Positions 1-11,176 of a stretch of 64,000 bases of DNA are shown here, piece by piece. Below the pieces are notes generated by a model that made no database searches, was not told the DNA's origin, and was given only the letters and a program-made list of their open reading frames with translations. Every line of letters begins with the position of its first letter. Position 1 is the stretch's first letter. The DNA lies in NCBI GenBank assembly GCA_964016885.1, contig OZ024742.1, forward strand, positions 174,344,001 through 174,408,000, given 5' to 3'. The DNA is from Eledone cirrhosa. Taxonomy: Eukaryota. The position numbers and the translations under genes are program-made.

Positions 1-666
1 TACATGCTCTGTGGGCAAAGCTGCAAGTGCAAAGTGACATATTCTTATTTCAAATCTAAGATGTTTCTACCTATCAAGTAATGATCAGGGAACATTTTAA
101 TAGACCACATTACTGTTTAGACAGAGCAGAAAGCAGAAACTATAAACATTGAAACATTTATTATCAATGCTTTCAAATTTAACATTTCTGTAGTATTTAT
201 TCTCTCTATTTTTGAGTTAACACACAGAAGCCATGTACTGCATGAAACCACATTGGCAAGACATTCTTGAAAAATACAGCACACCGAGGAAAGTTTTTAC
301 TCTAACTTTGCAAACTTTCGCAATGATCTGGCATACTAATTGAATTAACAAACTTATTTTTGAATATTTTCTACTAAATGATTACATGATGTAGAGTTAA
401 TTAATGTTTTTAACTCAAAAATTCTTTCTTAGCTGATCCCTATTCGTACAGCCCACACAAAATGAACTAATGAGAGTGACTATGGAAGCTTTACTAATAT
501 CAAATTATAAGCCAAACATTAACACCCATAGTTTCCTCTAAAGATAAGACTGGAAGTATAGTAGATGGGTAAGATATATATTGTGTTATTAGTTTAAATG
601 ATCTTTCTGTGTTGGGACCTCAAATCCTCAAAATGCCTCGATGATGAATGATATATATATATATAC

Positions 667-724
<58 letters not shown>

Positions 725-1393
725 CAAATGAAGAATTAGAAATAGAAGTCCGGAATATCCGTCATCAGTGGTCTACTAGCCATCATAGGTATTTCTTTGC
801 ATTACAGACCATATACCTCAAACCAGGGCGATACAATAACTAAATTAAGTTATTGGGATAAAAAGAGTTGGGTGGAGAAAGAGAGGCAGGTAAACAAATA
901 CGAATGAGAAAATCAAGTCAATAATTCATTTTGAACATAAGAAATTGTGAATATTGACGAGAAGGCAAAGACACATCTTGGCCGTGCGGATGTGAGTGAG
1001 GAAAGAATCTCGTACGGTGTGGGACGATGGAGGAAGTGAGAGAGAGGGTGAGTAGCAGATAGTGAGTCAGTGAAAGTGTGAGAAAAAGGCTAGCAGAGAG
1101 AGAGAGACTAGCAGAGGGGGTGAGTGAAAGTAAGGGGCAGAAGGAGAGATAAAGGGGAGAGAGAAAGAGGATAGCAGTAAAGGAAGAGAAAAAGACAGGT
1201 CACAGCGAAAGGGAAAGCATATATGAATGAAAGATGGCGAGCTGTGTTGTTGCATTTAGGATATATATAATAAATTAAGAATTAGAAATAGAAGTGTTTC
1301 TGGGTATCACCCTTCATCAGTACAGCTCACTGTTCACCTGCCAAACTGTCAGAGCTATTGAAAATATATGCTATTTTCAGAAATACACAGTAA

Positions 1394-1493
1394 CTGATCA
1401 GCCTGATTTTCATTTTAGTAGACTGGCTGATCAGTCAGATTTGCATATTAACAGATCCACTGATGAGCCAGATTTGCATATCAGCAGACTGGC
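1394..1493. repeat. 33-bp tandem repeat, about 3 units (ctgatcagccagatttgcatattagcagactgg-like)
   Basis: Three consecutive similar units; visible as an 11-aa periodicity (DQPDFHFSRLA/DQSDLHINRST/DEPDLHISRLA) in ORF 1294..1518. Confidence 0.7.
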
Positions 1494-1580
1494 CAGTCAT
1501 TTTCCTGTACACGAGTGATAAATGGCCGGCTTTGCCAAATTCAAATAAAAAAGAAAATTTCGCTCTACATGGCTGAATAC

Positions 1581-2055
1581 AATAAATGTAATCTGAGTTT
1601 TTCGAATATTAATAATTGTTTCTACTTTTTGCACAAGGCCAGCAATTATCCCAGTGTATTACTGGTACTTTATTTTATCGACCCCGTAAGAATGAAAGGC
1701 AACGTTTTCCTCGGCGGGATTTGAACTCAGACCATAAAAGGCCGTAACTTTTTGCTGCAAAGCATGGCGTCCGACCCTCTACCGATACTGCCAATCCACC
1801 ATTCGATTTGTTTGCAATTATGCAAACAAGCCTCAATTGTATAGCCATGTCAGTAGAATGAACACTTCATTATTGCTCTTGTTTTGGCATGCGGACCCAG
1901 AAACATTAGTGTCTGTAGTTCTGTTCGCATGCCAACACAAGAGCAAGAATGAAGTGTTCATTCTACTGACATGGCTATAAAATTGAGGCTTGTTTGCATA
2001 ATTGCAAACGAATCGAATGTTATTATTAATATTCGAAAAACTCAGATTACATTTA
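1581..2055. repeat. Fold-back (hairpin) element interrupted by a SINE
   Basis: 1801-1892 is the reverse complement of ~1925-2018; 1582-1616 (ataaatgtaatctgagtttttcgaatattaataat) is the reverse complement of 2021-2055; right end runs into (TA)n. Confidence 0.85.
1613..1800 (-). mobile_element. tRNA-derived SINE (main family of this window)
   Basis: Reverse complement of the consensus at 54386-54572: A box TGGCAGTATCGG, B box GAGTTCAAATCC, core gcctttcatccttacggggtcgataaaataaagtacc, tail ggccttgtgccaaaagtagaaacaatt. Confidence 0.9.
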
Positions 2056-2070
2056 TATATATATATATTT

Positions 2071-2134
<64 letters not shown>

Positions 2135-2335
2135 TTAGTTATACTATTTATGGTTATGTAAACACAAAACCTTAAGCAGTTGTAAGTATTTTACACACAC
2201 CCTAAATAGTGGAAGTCAGTAATGTATTACTACCTTATTACCAGTAAGTTAAGTAGCTCAATGTAAAAACATCAGATGATTTACAGAGCAGTTATATGAA
2301 ATATAAGAATCAAAGAACTGTTCAAAACATTATTG

Positions 2336-2382
2336 TGCTTACAGCTGTTTCCTCCAAACCGAGGTTTGGATTCTTCGGAGCA
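2336..2382 (-). ncRNA. Minimal type-I hammerhead ribozyme (U4C core variant)
   Basis: Minus strand: ugcu CCGAAGA a uccaaac cucg guuugga g GAAA cagcug UA agca; stem I 4 bp, stem II 7 bp, palindromic stem III. Confidence 0.8.
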
Positions 2383-3804
2383 ATTTATTAATGCATGGAC
2401 AGTTATATGACCTCCTTTTCAGCCGAGAGACATACCAATACATATTCAAACATTGATACATATTCAAACATTTTGGGTCAACATTCATTACAGAATTTAG
2501 AGTGGCAGTACACACTTCGAGATTACATTTATATTAATAGGTACAATCAAAAATCAAAGATATAGGTTAAAGTACAACATGAAGATAAGTGGTTATATAG
2601 TGCAAATGTTATATGTGTGGTACGCATGTGCGTCTTGTTTATATAGTGTGGCAGAGAGATATGTGTGGTAGAGGCACTTAGGTAGGTAAATAAGAGTGTT
2701 AGGTTGGTAGATCTGGTGGCAACATCTTTATATGATTGATATAGTCTGTGTGTGGAGAAATATTATAAGCATTAAAGATAGTGCAAGCATTAAAAGTGTT
2801 ATAAGTATTGGAGATGCACAGCGCAGGGATGTCAAGTAATTCATGTACTTCGGCATTTTCATGGTCAAGGGAGTGTATATTTCGATTATATGCCTTTCAC
2901 ATAATCCACGACAATTCAGTTAGAGATCGTAGTCTGGTGTTCTTTAGTTCGATACAGGAGGTTGTTACGTTTCGAGAAGCGCCATTGAATACCGGAAGTG
3001 TGTGTGTGGCTAAGGGGAGTTAATGCATGCGGGGAGGTAACTCTGGGGTTTCTATATCTATCCATTAAAATGTGTCCCAATATAGGCCCTAAATTCTATG
3101 GTGAAGTGCACCTTCCAAGAGAGACTTTTAAAGCATAAAGTGTATTAACTATAGAGTAGTTTAACTAAGTTATGCTGAAGGTGATCATATTATTATTATG
3201 GTGGATTAACCCATCTTAAGGTGCTACAAATGGAAATTATAGATGATGAGCGAGGATTCTAAATTAATGATCTCTGTGGTTGTAGTCTGCTCATATGACC
3301 AGGCGCGGTGATTGCAGGATTGCTTCAGGACCCAATGATCTCTGGTAAGATCTGGGTCATCGCTTGCTACATTGGATGTCGAAAGATAATCGTCCCCAGG
3401 CAGGCCAAAGGTCAATCCGCAGTCCTCGCGACCCCTCTCTGACCGTCAGATCATCCATATACGTACAACCCGCCCGGCAGTTGCATTGCATTCACTCACT
3501 GCGCTCAGCAGCCCGGTCCTACTGGTCAACAGCGCTACTCGATTAAATCATTTTACATCTGTCTAAGGAAGGTGTTTCCTCTGCCCAACACCATCCAACC
3601 GATCAATTCATGCTCAAATTACCCTTAGAGCGGTGTAGTGCCGTTCAAGTGGGTGGATGTTGTCACACCTGCCGTAGAGGTATAAATGGGTATTTTCCCT
3701 GCGAAGGGTTCCAGAGGGATGTCGTTGTTTGTGTTATAATGGATCAGCTAGTGTTGGGTATGTAGTATAGGGTGTGTCTCTGGTGTTTGATGCTAGATGT
3801 GGTG

Positions 3805-4266
3805 TTAGGTTCCAGTCTGACATTGCCATATATAGGGCTTAAAGTTTTGGAAGGAATGTCTGAGGCGGTGCTGGCAAGTTGCAAACACCTCAGATTTTTT
3901 GTTAAGTAGGTTACGGTTGGAGAAGATAATATTGTGTGTCTCTAGTATACAGAGGTTACAGAATTTATTAGGTGGTTTGTACGAGGTCGCGCTGCCTATC
4001 ACTTCCCATTTGAGTGTGTATGGTTTATTTTTAGATTTTAGATAGTGTATGTAGCTAGAAAGTGAGGTGGAGTTGGCTAGGCTGTGCTTTTTGAACGAGT
4101 GGATGTGCGAGTTATATCTGATTTTGAAGCAGTTAGAAGTGGAGCCTACATAGGTTTCTGAAGAGTTATTAGTCGTGACTGTGTATGAGTATATGACATC
4201 CTTGGTTAGGCATTTTTTATCTACAGGGCAGGTTGTGTGCCGTGAATAGACATTGTGAATAGACAT
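3805..4266 (-). pseudogene. GIY-YIG endonuclease domain of a Penelope-like element (fragment)
   Basis: CPVDKKCLTKDVIYSYTV...TYVGST...FKIRYNSHIHSF...STSLSSYI...WEVI...CNLCILE...LLNKKSE...CQH. Confidence 0.85.
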
Positions 4267-4559
4267 TCTGAATAGACATAGTGCCGTGAATAGACATTGT
4301 GCATCAGCTAGAACTTATAGTTGATAGTGGTAGTAGTAAAATTATTTCAATGATTTTCAATCCAATATAGAAAGTTGAAGCTTAATTTAGATGTTTGCTG
4401 CAATAATCATTTGTTGATATTATTTTACTGCTACAAGGAATCATAAGTTACTTGTCTATAAGGTAAAACTACAGATCAAAATCTGTGAGGTTGTCTGGTA
4501 CAGAAGCAAATGTTAAAGTAGAAAATCAAACTTTCCAGTTGTTGTCTTCCTGTTTCTTC

Positions 4560-5270
4560 TACAACAATTACAACGGTACGCCATGGGGCCCACACACAAC
4601 CCCGGTGGACATAATGGAGAAGGCATTTTCCCGGAGGACGGCAAGGGAGACGCACTGGAAAAGCCACTCCAACTCGCGGGACTCACACCTGCAGCTGGCC
4701 AGCTCAGAGCATATGGTGGTGAGTTAGGAGGTAGCCCTGGGGCCGAGGTCACCAGAAGTCTCCACTGCCAGGTGTACGACCGGAAACCTGTCGGAGAGCG
4801 ACCGGTATTTGAGGAGTTTTGTCCCCTCAGCCCGACATGCAGCAGAACCTGAGTCAGTTGCGGCTGCAGAAAGTGTCGGTGTAAGTGACGAGGGGTTTGC
4901 CACCGCGGAACGGGAAGATGTTCATGCCATCTGGCCTTTTGCTGTCCCCTAGATCCATCCCCACCGGCTCGAGCTGAGAAAGGAAGCCTGCAGCGTCCAA
5001 GCCATGCTTAATGACCTCGTTGAAGGCAGCATGGCGTGGAATGCAGCCAACACTGTGGTGACAGGAAAGCGCGTGGAAGCCGAAAGAGTCCACGGTGGAA
5101 CCGCAGCGACATTGGTGTGGCTGGCAGATCCGGAGGCCAAGCCTCAGGGAAACGCCGATGCGAAGTCTATGGTTGTCTAGCTGCGTGCCAGTGGAGAAGG
5201 AGGGCAGGGCATGGAGCCAGGCACCACTGTGGTGTTTGGAGGCCGCACGAAAACAAGCAAGGTGGTGCTG
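4560..5270 (-). mobile_element. Fragment of a restriction-like endonuclease (REL) non-LTR retrotransposon, CRE-like 3' end
   Basis: GC-rich island; ORF 4854..5093 D.FG.HALSC...RH...N......L..AG.....EP......RPDG, the zinc-knuckle plus PD-type nuclease motif. Confidence 0.75.
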
Positions 5271-6280
5271 GTCGTTACATAAGGAATTTAATAACCTACA
5301 ATGATGAATTTATAGAGACGACACACTCCTTTTAGCTAAAAACGTAAATAATCAAAATATGGAAAGATTACGGAAAAACATCAGAGTCTTCTTCAACAAA
5401 CTAAACCTAGGTTTCACTTTCGATCTTAGCTCTAAAAAAGCAAGCTTCTTAGATGTAATAATCAACCTAAACACAGGACGAATAGAGCCCTTCCATAAAA
5501 ATAACGAGAATCTAGCCTACATTAGTTATAACTCAAACCACCCTCGCTCCATAATTAACCCCATAGCATATAGTATATCCCAGAATATCCCACCTTTCTT
5601 CTAACCTAGAGATTTTTAACGAACACGCAAACAACTATAACATAGCTTTACATAAGGCAGGACATAAGGAGGGGCTCAAAGACATACCAGATAGAGACAG
5701 CAACAACAGACCTAACGACAGCTACACTACTCACACCTATAGAAATAACAAACATAGAACTAAACATAAAAATAGACAACGAGCACCAGAAATAATTGAA
5801 CTCAATACTAATATAGGGACCCCTAGGAACTATAGAAAATAAAGAGTTAGGAAATACTTATGGTCCAATCCAGTATTCAACTCCTCTATAAAAATCAAAC
5901 TACATTCTACATTCTTTAAGCTAATTAACAAATACTTCCCTAAACTGCACAAATACCATAGAATCTTTAACAGAAAAACTATCAAACTCTCTTACTCTAG
6001 TGCAGCCAACATAGAATCACACATACATAAAATCAACTATGAAAGAATCTCTAAGAAAAATAACCTACCAACATACACCATAGCACCAAATACAAAACGC
6101 AAACATATAACAACATCACAACCACACACACGTCAGGGCGCATCGCAACAAAACATCAGTAAGCCTAAATCTCAGCCCATCCATAACAACATACAAAACC
6201 GCAACGGAGAACCTGCACACAGGAAGGCCTGCAACTGTAACTGCCACCTGCCGGATAAGTGCTCACTACAAAATAGATGC

Positions 6281-6661
6281 ATGGAATCAAGTATAGTGTA
6301 CCTGTGTACTATCAATTCGGGCAACTTAGCATGGCACTACATAGGTTCTACAGCTGGGGAATTAAAAAAAAGATGGTATGTTCACAGACACTCTATGAAG
6401 AACCGTAGACTAGAGAACTCAACAACGCTGGACAATAAAATCTGGCAGCTTAAGAACCCAAACCAGGAATATGTGATTAGCTGGTCGAAATTATCGGGAG
6501 CAAGGAGCTGCAACAATGGAATGTCCTACTGCGGACTTTGCAATATGGAGCTGTTCCATATTTTAAAGTATGATAAAATGCTGCTTAACAGCAAAATAGA
6601 ACGACCGATTTTCTATAGACACAAAGCAGCTACCAAGTTCGCAAATTTCAAACCAACATGA
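6281..6661 (+). pseudogene. GIY-YIG endonuclease domain of a Penelope-like element
   Basis: SIVYLCTI...HYIGSTAGELKKRWYVHRHS...STTL...CGLCNMELFHI...LLNSKIE; homologous to 3805..4266. Confidence 0.85.
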
Positions 6662-7290
6662 TTCGTTCCAGCAATCTCAGAATTCAGACAGAACCACCCA
6701 TATTTTAATGTACTGACTACATACCACCCCACTGATAGTAGCTGTCAACTGACCAATTGGTCACTAAATCTCAACATTATAAATCTCCTAACCTTTCTTT
6801 CACTCTTTCTCCCTAAAGCCACATCACCCCCATTAAGATAAGACAATCAGACTTGCAGATATTTACCACATGTATTATCGTATCGCCACCCCACCCTCTG
6901 TCTCCTGTTATGTATCTCTTCCCCCCTGACTTAATTTTTAATTTATTATCTTTTATCTGTCTTTTGTTACTATTTTTTTAATTTTCTACTCTAACCTTCT
7001 GAGATTTGACCACTACGTATGTATGTATGTAATGTTTCGTTTCATGTTAGTATTATCTCTACTCTCACCACGTCTTTTTACATACACTTACTCACCACTG
7101 TAACTTTAATCACCACCACCACCATTATCAGCAATTGTATTCTGTACTTATTATTTTTTTACTTATTTTTTACATCTTTATCATCTTCATTCTAACCTCT
7201 TTACATCTCTATTATTATCTTTTATTATTAATGTTTTTGTTTTCATACTCCGCTGTATCTAAAAATACCAATGCCATATGTAAAACCTCC

Positions 7291-7404
7291 AGTATTCCGA
7301 TGATTTGATCAGAGGTAAACACTGTATTTAACGTGGAGTGACGCAACTTCGAGTGATTAGCGGACTTTTTGACTCACCTGATTAATGAAACAATTGTTAA
7401 TACT
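7291..7404 (+). ncRNA. Type-I hammerhead ribozyme with a very long stem II insertion (U4C)
   Basis: aguauu CCGAUGA u uugaucag [~65 nt] cugauuaa u GAAA caauug UU aauacu; stem I 6 bp, palindromic stem III, AATAAA just downstream. Confidence 0.7.
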
Positions 7405-7458
7405 AGAAATAAAACCTTTTTGTACAGCCGACCATATTATTCTTCAATCTTTCACTAC

Positions 7459-7641
<183 letters not shown>

Positions 7642-8699
7642 TCTGTGTATATATATGAGTACACATATGTACATGCACACACATATATCATCATCATCGA
7701 TGTTATGTCTGCTTTCCCTGCTAGCAAGGGTTGGACGGGTCTACAGAGTCGAGGTCAGTACTGAAGCAGGGTTACATGATTCCCAGTCAGACCAGGGATG
7801 TGCATCATGCTTATGTATGGGGTCACATTCTACTGAGTGCACAGGAGAGGTTGTCAAGTGTTTGATACAACTGAGGGTCCCCTTAAACTTTTGTTTGACA
7901 AACTTTTTTATGGCTGGATGCCCTTCCTATCACCAATCACTTTACAGCATGTACTGGGTGCATTAATTGTGTAGGCCAGCAACACTAGGGAGGTTGTCAT
8001 GTCTTTGAAACAACTGAAGGGTCACCTCAATCCTTTGTCTGGCAAGCTTTCTATTGCTGGATGCCCTTCCTGGGAAGAGGCATGCATGGCAGTCTTTTAC
8101 TTATCCTGGGATTTACAAGTAGGATGACTGCATGACTTTTGGTGTTTCTAAGGAAATGTTGGGTTCTTTCATGTTTCATGTTGTATTATATTGTTGTTTG
8201 TCACTCAGATGTTTGTAACCATCACATGTACTAGTGTCAGCAGTAGCCACCACTCTTCATTATATCTATTGTGCCCTACTGATGTTTTCAGGATGATATA
8301 TATACTATAGTGGAAAGGTGTATGCAGGAGATGGACGGATGCTTGTGTCATGAGGATGGTAATGCCCAGCCATCAAATCACATCACTAGTTGTGCCGGTA
8401 CGATGGGATGGTGGGAAATGGTGTCCAGGCTGCTCTACGTGGTAAATATTTGAAAGTATGAAGTCCATTTTTACAAGTAACCATAAAGGTATTAATAACA
8501 TTTAGGCTATACTTAGGAAAATTATTAACACATTTAGATAAATAATAATTCCAAGTTGCTAAGATCTAAAATATATTGGTACTCAATAAACTTTGGTTTT
8601 AAATCTCTAAGTTTTGATGGCTATATAAATTTCGCTGGTCAGTAGAAATCCTATATTCAGTTTCTCTCACATATTTGTATTGATCTAGAAAGCTCCCTT

Positions 8700-8955
8700 C
8701 TGAGGCTGGGCAAGATGCTTTTATAGAAGTGCAGCAGTCGCTCATGCATACCAGTATCCTGTCTCTATGCCAGCGATGTTATCCAGAAGAAAGGCAAAAG
8801 ATTATAGAGCTTGGCAACTGAGACGTTGCAATACATTTCTACTGCTAAGTCAATACCAGCAACAAGAAATTAAGTGTCTTGTCCAGTCCAAGAATTGAAA
8901 TCACAACCTAAGGATTGTGAATCCAATGGTCTAACCTCTAATATATGCACCTTCA
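8700..8955 (-). mobile_element. Diverged tRNA-derived SINE (second family)
   Basis: Reverse complement resembles 25133-25410 (gtggttag...ggttgtgatttcaattc...gacaagacactt). Confidence 0.5.
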
Positions 8956-9005
8956 CATTACACACATACACACACACATATTTATATATATATATATATA
9001 TATAT

Positions 9006-9189
9006 GAACCAGTAAGACCCCGACGGCTGAGCTCAAGCCGTTTCGACGGCTAATTCTGGAATTAGCCGTCGAAACGGCTTGAGCTCAGCCGTCGGGGTCT
9101 TACTGGTTCCTATTACCCACTCTACTACCCTAAGTATTGAGTACTTTGGTGCGTTATGGTCCACCTGGTTCCTTACCACATTTCTTTCG

Positions 9190-9190
<1 letters not shown>
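9006..9190 (+). mobile_element. Perfect ~104-bp palindrome (9006-9109) plus unpaired tail, between two (TA)n tracts; contains the 3' half of an HHR
   Basis: gaaccagtaagacccc...aattc tg gaatt...ggggtcttactggttc; right arm reads stem II, GAAA, cggcu...agccg, UC. Confidence 0.9.
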
Positions 9191-9222
<32 letters not shown>

Positions 9223-9228
<6 letters not shown>

Positions 9229-9648
9229 TAAAAGGAAAAGAAAATGCTGACAAATTGTTCCCAGTGAAAAAGGTTTAATTAGGAATAAGTAAAAATTAGT
9301 AATAAGTATTGGTTAGTATTCAGTTTTAGTTGTAAGTTTTTACCGGTTGCGCATTTCTAATGCTTTTCAAAAATAATTTTGAGATAGAGCGCCCGTGATG
9401 TTTGCTCTAATCTGATTAGTTTTGGAAATTCTACCTGTTTTATGTGAAAAAAAGTGGCTCCAGATGTATTAAAATAAATTTCGCGCCAATTCGTGTTGCA
9501 AAAATTCTTGTGGTCAAAACAATTTTGATTGGTCGGTACAGTTCACGTGAATGTTAAAAATTGATTTTGCGCCAAAAATAGGTTTGTCGAAGAGTGTCCT
9601 TTTATCGCCTGATTGAGAAGTCACTGAAAAGTAAGTCTTTTAAGACAG

Positions 9649-9684
<36 letters not shown>

Positions 9685-10335
9685 TAAAGAGGTTGATTGT
9701 TGTGATAATGGCCAGTAGGGATGTGTGTGTGAAATGCATTCATGTTGAAAGGTCAACAGTTCAGGTGACTATTAAGACAAATATGTGTGTGTTTGTAGCA
9801 GAGTAATTCGTGGTAGACGGATCGGTGACCGATCCCTCTACCACAAATTACTCTGCTACACACACACACATATTTGTCTTAAAAGACTTATTTTTCAGTG
9901 ACTTCTCAATCAGGCGAAAATTGACACTCTTCGACAAACCTACATTTGGCGCAAAATCAATTTATACCATTCACGTGACCTCTACCGACCAATCAAAATT
10001 GTTTTGACCACAAGAATTTTTGCAACACGAATTGGCGCGAAACTTATTTTAATACCTCTGGAGCCACTTTTTTTCACATAAAACAGGTAGAATTTCCCAA
10101 ACTGATCAGATTAGAGCAAACATCCCGGGCGCTCTATCTCAAAATTATTTTTGAAAAGCATTAGAAATGCGCAACCGGTAAAAACTTAAAACTAAAACTG
10201 AATACTAACCAATACTTATTACTAATTTTTATTTATTCCTAATTAAACTATTTTTCACTGGGAACAATTTGTCAGCATTTTCTTTTCCTTTTACTAATAT
10301 ATCACAACTCGTGTGTTACACCTCTATTCTTTTAA
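9223..10335. mobile_element. ~1.1 kb fold-back element, arms about 9223-9660 and 9858-10300, inner hairpin 9795-9860, tail 10301-10335
   Basis: tattggtaaaaggaaaagaaaatgctgac... mirrored by ...gtcagcattttcttttccttttactaata; flanked by (TA)n on both sides. Confidence 0.92.
10148..10184 (+). ncRNA. Hammerhead-like motif, U3:A8 core with GCAA replacing GAAA (minus-strand copies at 9337-9373 and 15909-15945)
   Basis: uuu UUGAAAA gcau uagaa augc GCAA ccgg UA aaa; homologue at 17647-17682 has canonical GAAA. Confidence 0.55.
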
Positions 10336-10377
<42 letters not shown>

Positions 10378-10660
10378 ATGCATGTATATATATATATGCA
10401 TATAAATAAGGAGACAAAAGGTAGGCTTTGTTTCAGAAACAGGTAGCGAATTTGAAAATTGGATGGTAACGTGTTTACACTGTATATGACGAAATAGAAT
10501 TAGTCTGTTAGTTGGAATTTCAAAAATCTTCTGAATGGAGAAAAGGATGAGTATTGACGTACATGGGACACGAACACACATCTTTGGTTTGCAGGAACAA
10601 TGTGTTACCATTTCATCAACTAACAGACTGATTCTATTTAGTCAAATAAGGCGTTAGTGA

Positions 10661-11176
10661 ATGTTACTACCTCTGGTCCTCACCCTCAACTGCTTCTCCT
10701 TCTCGGGTCAGTTTTACCAACAGGTCACGGGGGTAGCCATAGGCACAAGAATGCTCCCAATATATGCCAACCTTTTCGTTGGCCATGTTGAGGCCCAAAT
10801 CTTTGCCCAGTACACCGGCCCCACGCCCGAACTGTACAGTCGTTACATCAACGACTGTATCGGAGCCACGACCCTCACCCGAGAACAGCTCGACTCCTTT
10901 CTCTCCTTCTTCTGGTCCTTCCACCCCTCCCTCCACTTCACCACCTCTATCTCCACCAACCACGTCTACTTCTTAGACATCTCCGTCGCCATAGACCCCT
11001 CCCACCACTCCCTCGTGACCTCCACCTTCTTCAAACCCACCGACTCCCACTCCTACCTCAACTTCACCTCCTCCCACCCTACACACACTAAACACTCTAT
11101 TCCCTACTCCCAACTCATCAGGATCCGCGCCTCTGCAGCCGAGATGCTGACTTTGAGTCCCAGGCCCTTTCCCTAG
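10661..11176 (+). pseudogene. Penelope-type reverse transcriptase fragment
   Basis: Q..G.A.GT and RY(I)DD-derived motif (here YIND), thumb FLD...KPTD...SSHP. Confidence 0.9.

Larger units (their letters stand above)
2130..4266 (-). mobile_element. 5'-truncated Penelope-like element: GIY-YIG end, long 3' region, HHR and tail ending at (TA)n
   Basis: ORF 3805..4266 with VIY...YVGST and CNLC...LLN..SE...CQH; HHR at 2336-2382 on the same strand; (TA)n at 2055-2130. Confidence 0.8.
5275..7458 (+). mobile_element. 5'-truncated, decayed Penelope-like element (RT C-terminus, GIY-YIG, 3' region with HHR)
   Basis: YRDD codons near 5311; ORF 5359..5604 FLDV...SNHP; ORF 6281..6661 IVY...YIGST...CGLC.ME...LLN; HHR 7291-7404; ends at TA/CA microsatellite. 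Confidence 0.85.

Noticed and set aside
3805-6661. Divergent GIY-YIG ORFs as the arms of one giant palindrome
   Set aside because: Homologous only at the protein level; the nucleotide sequences and 3' regions are not mirror images, so they are independent insertions
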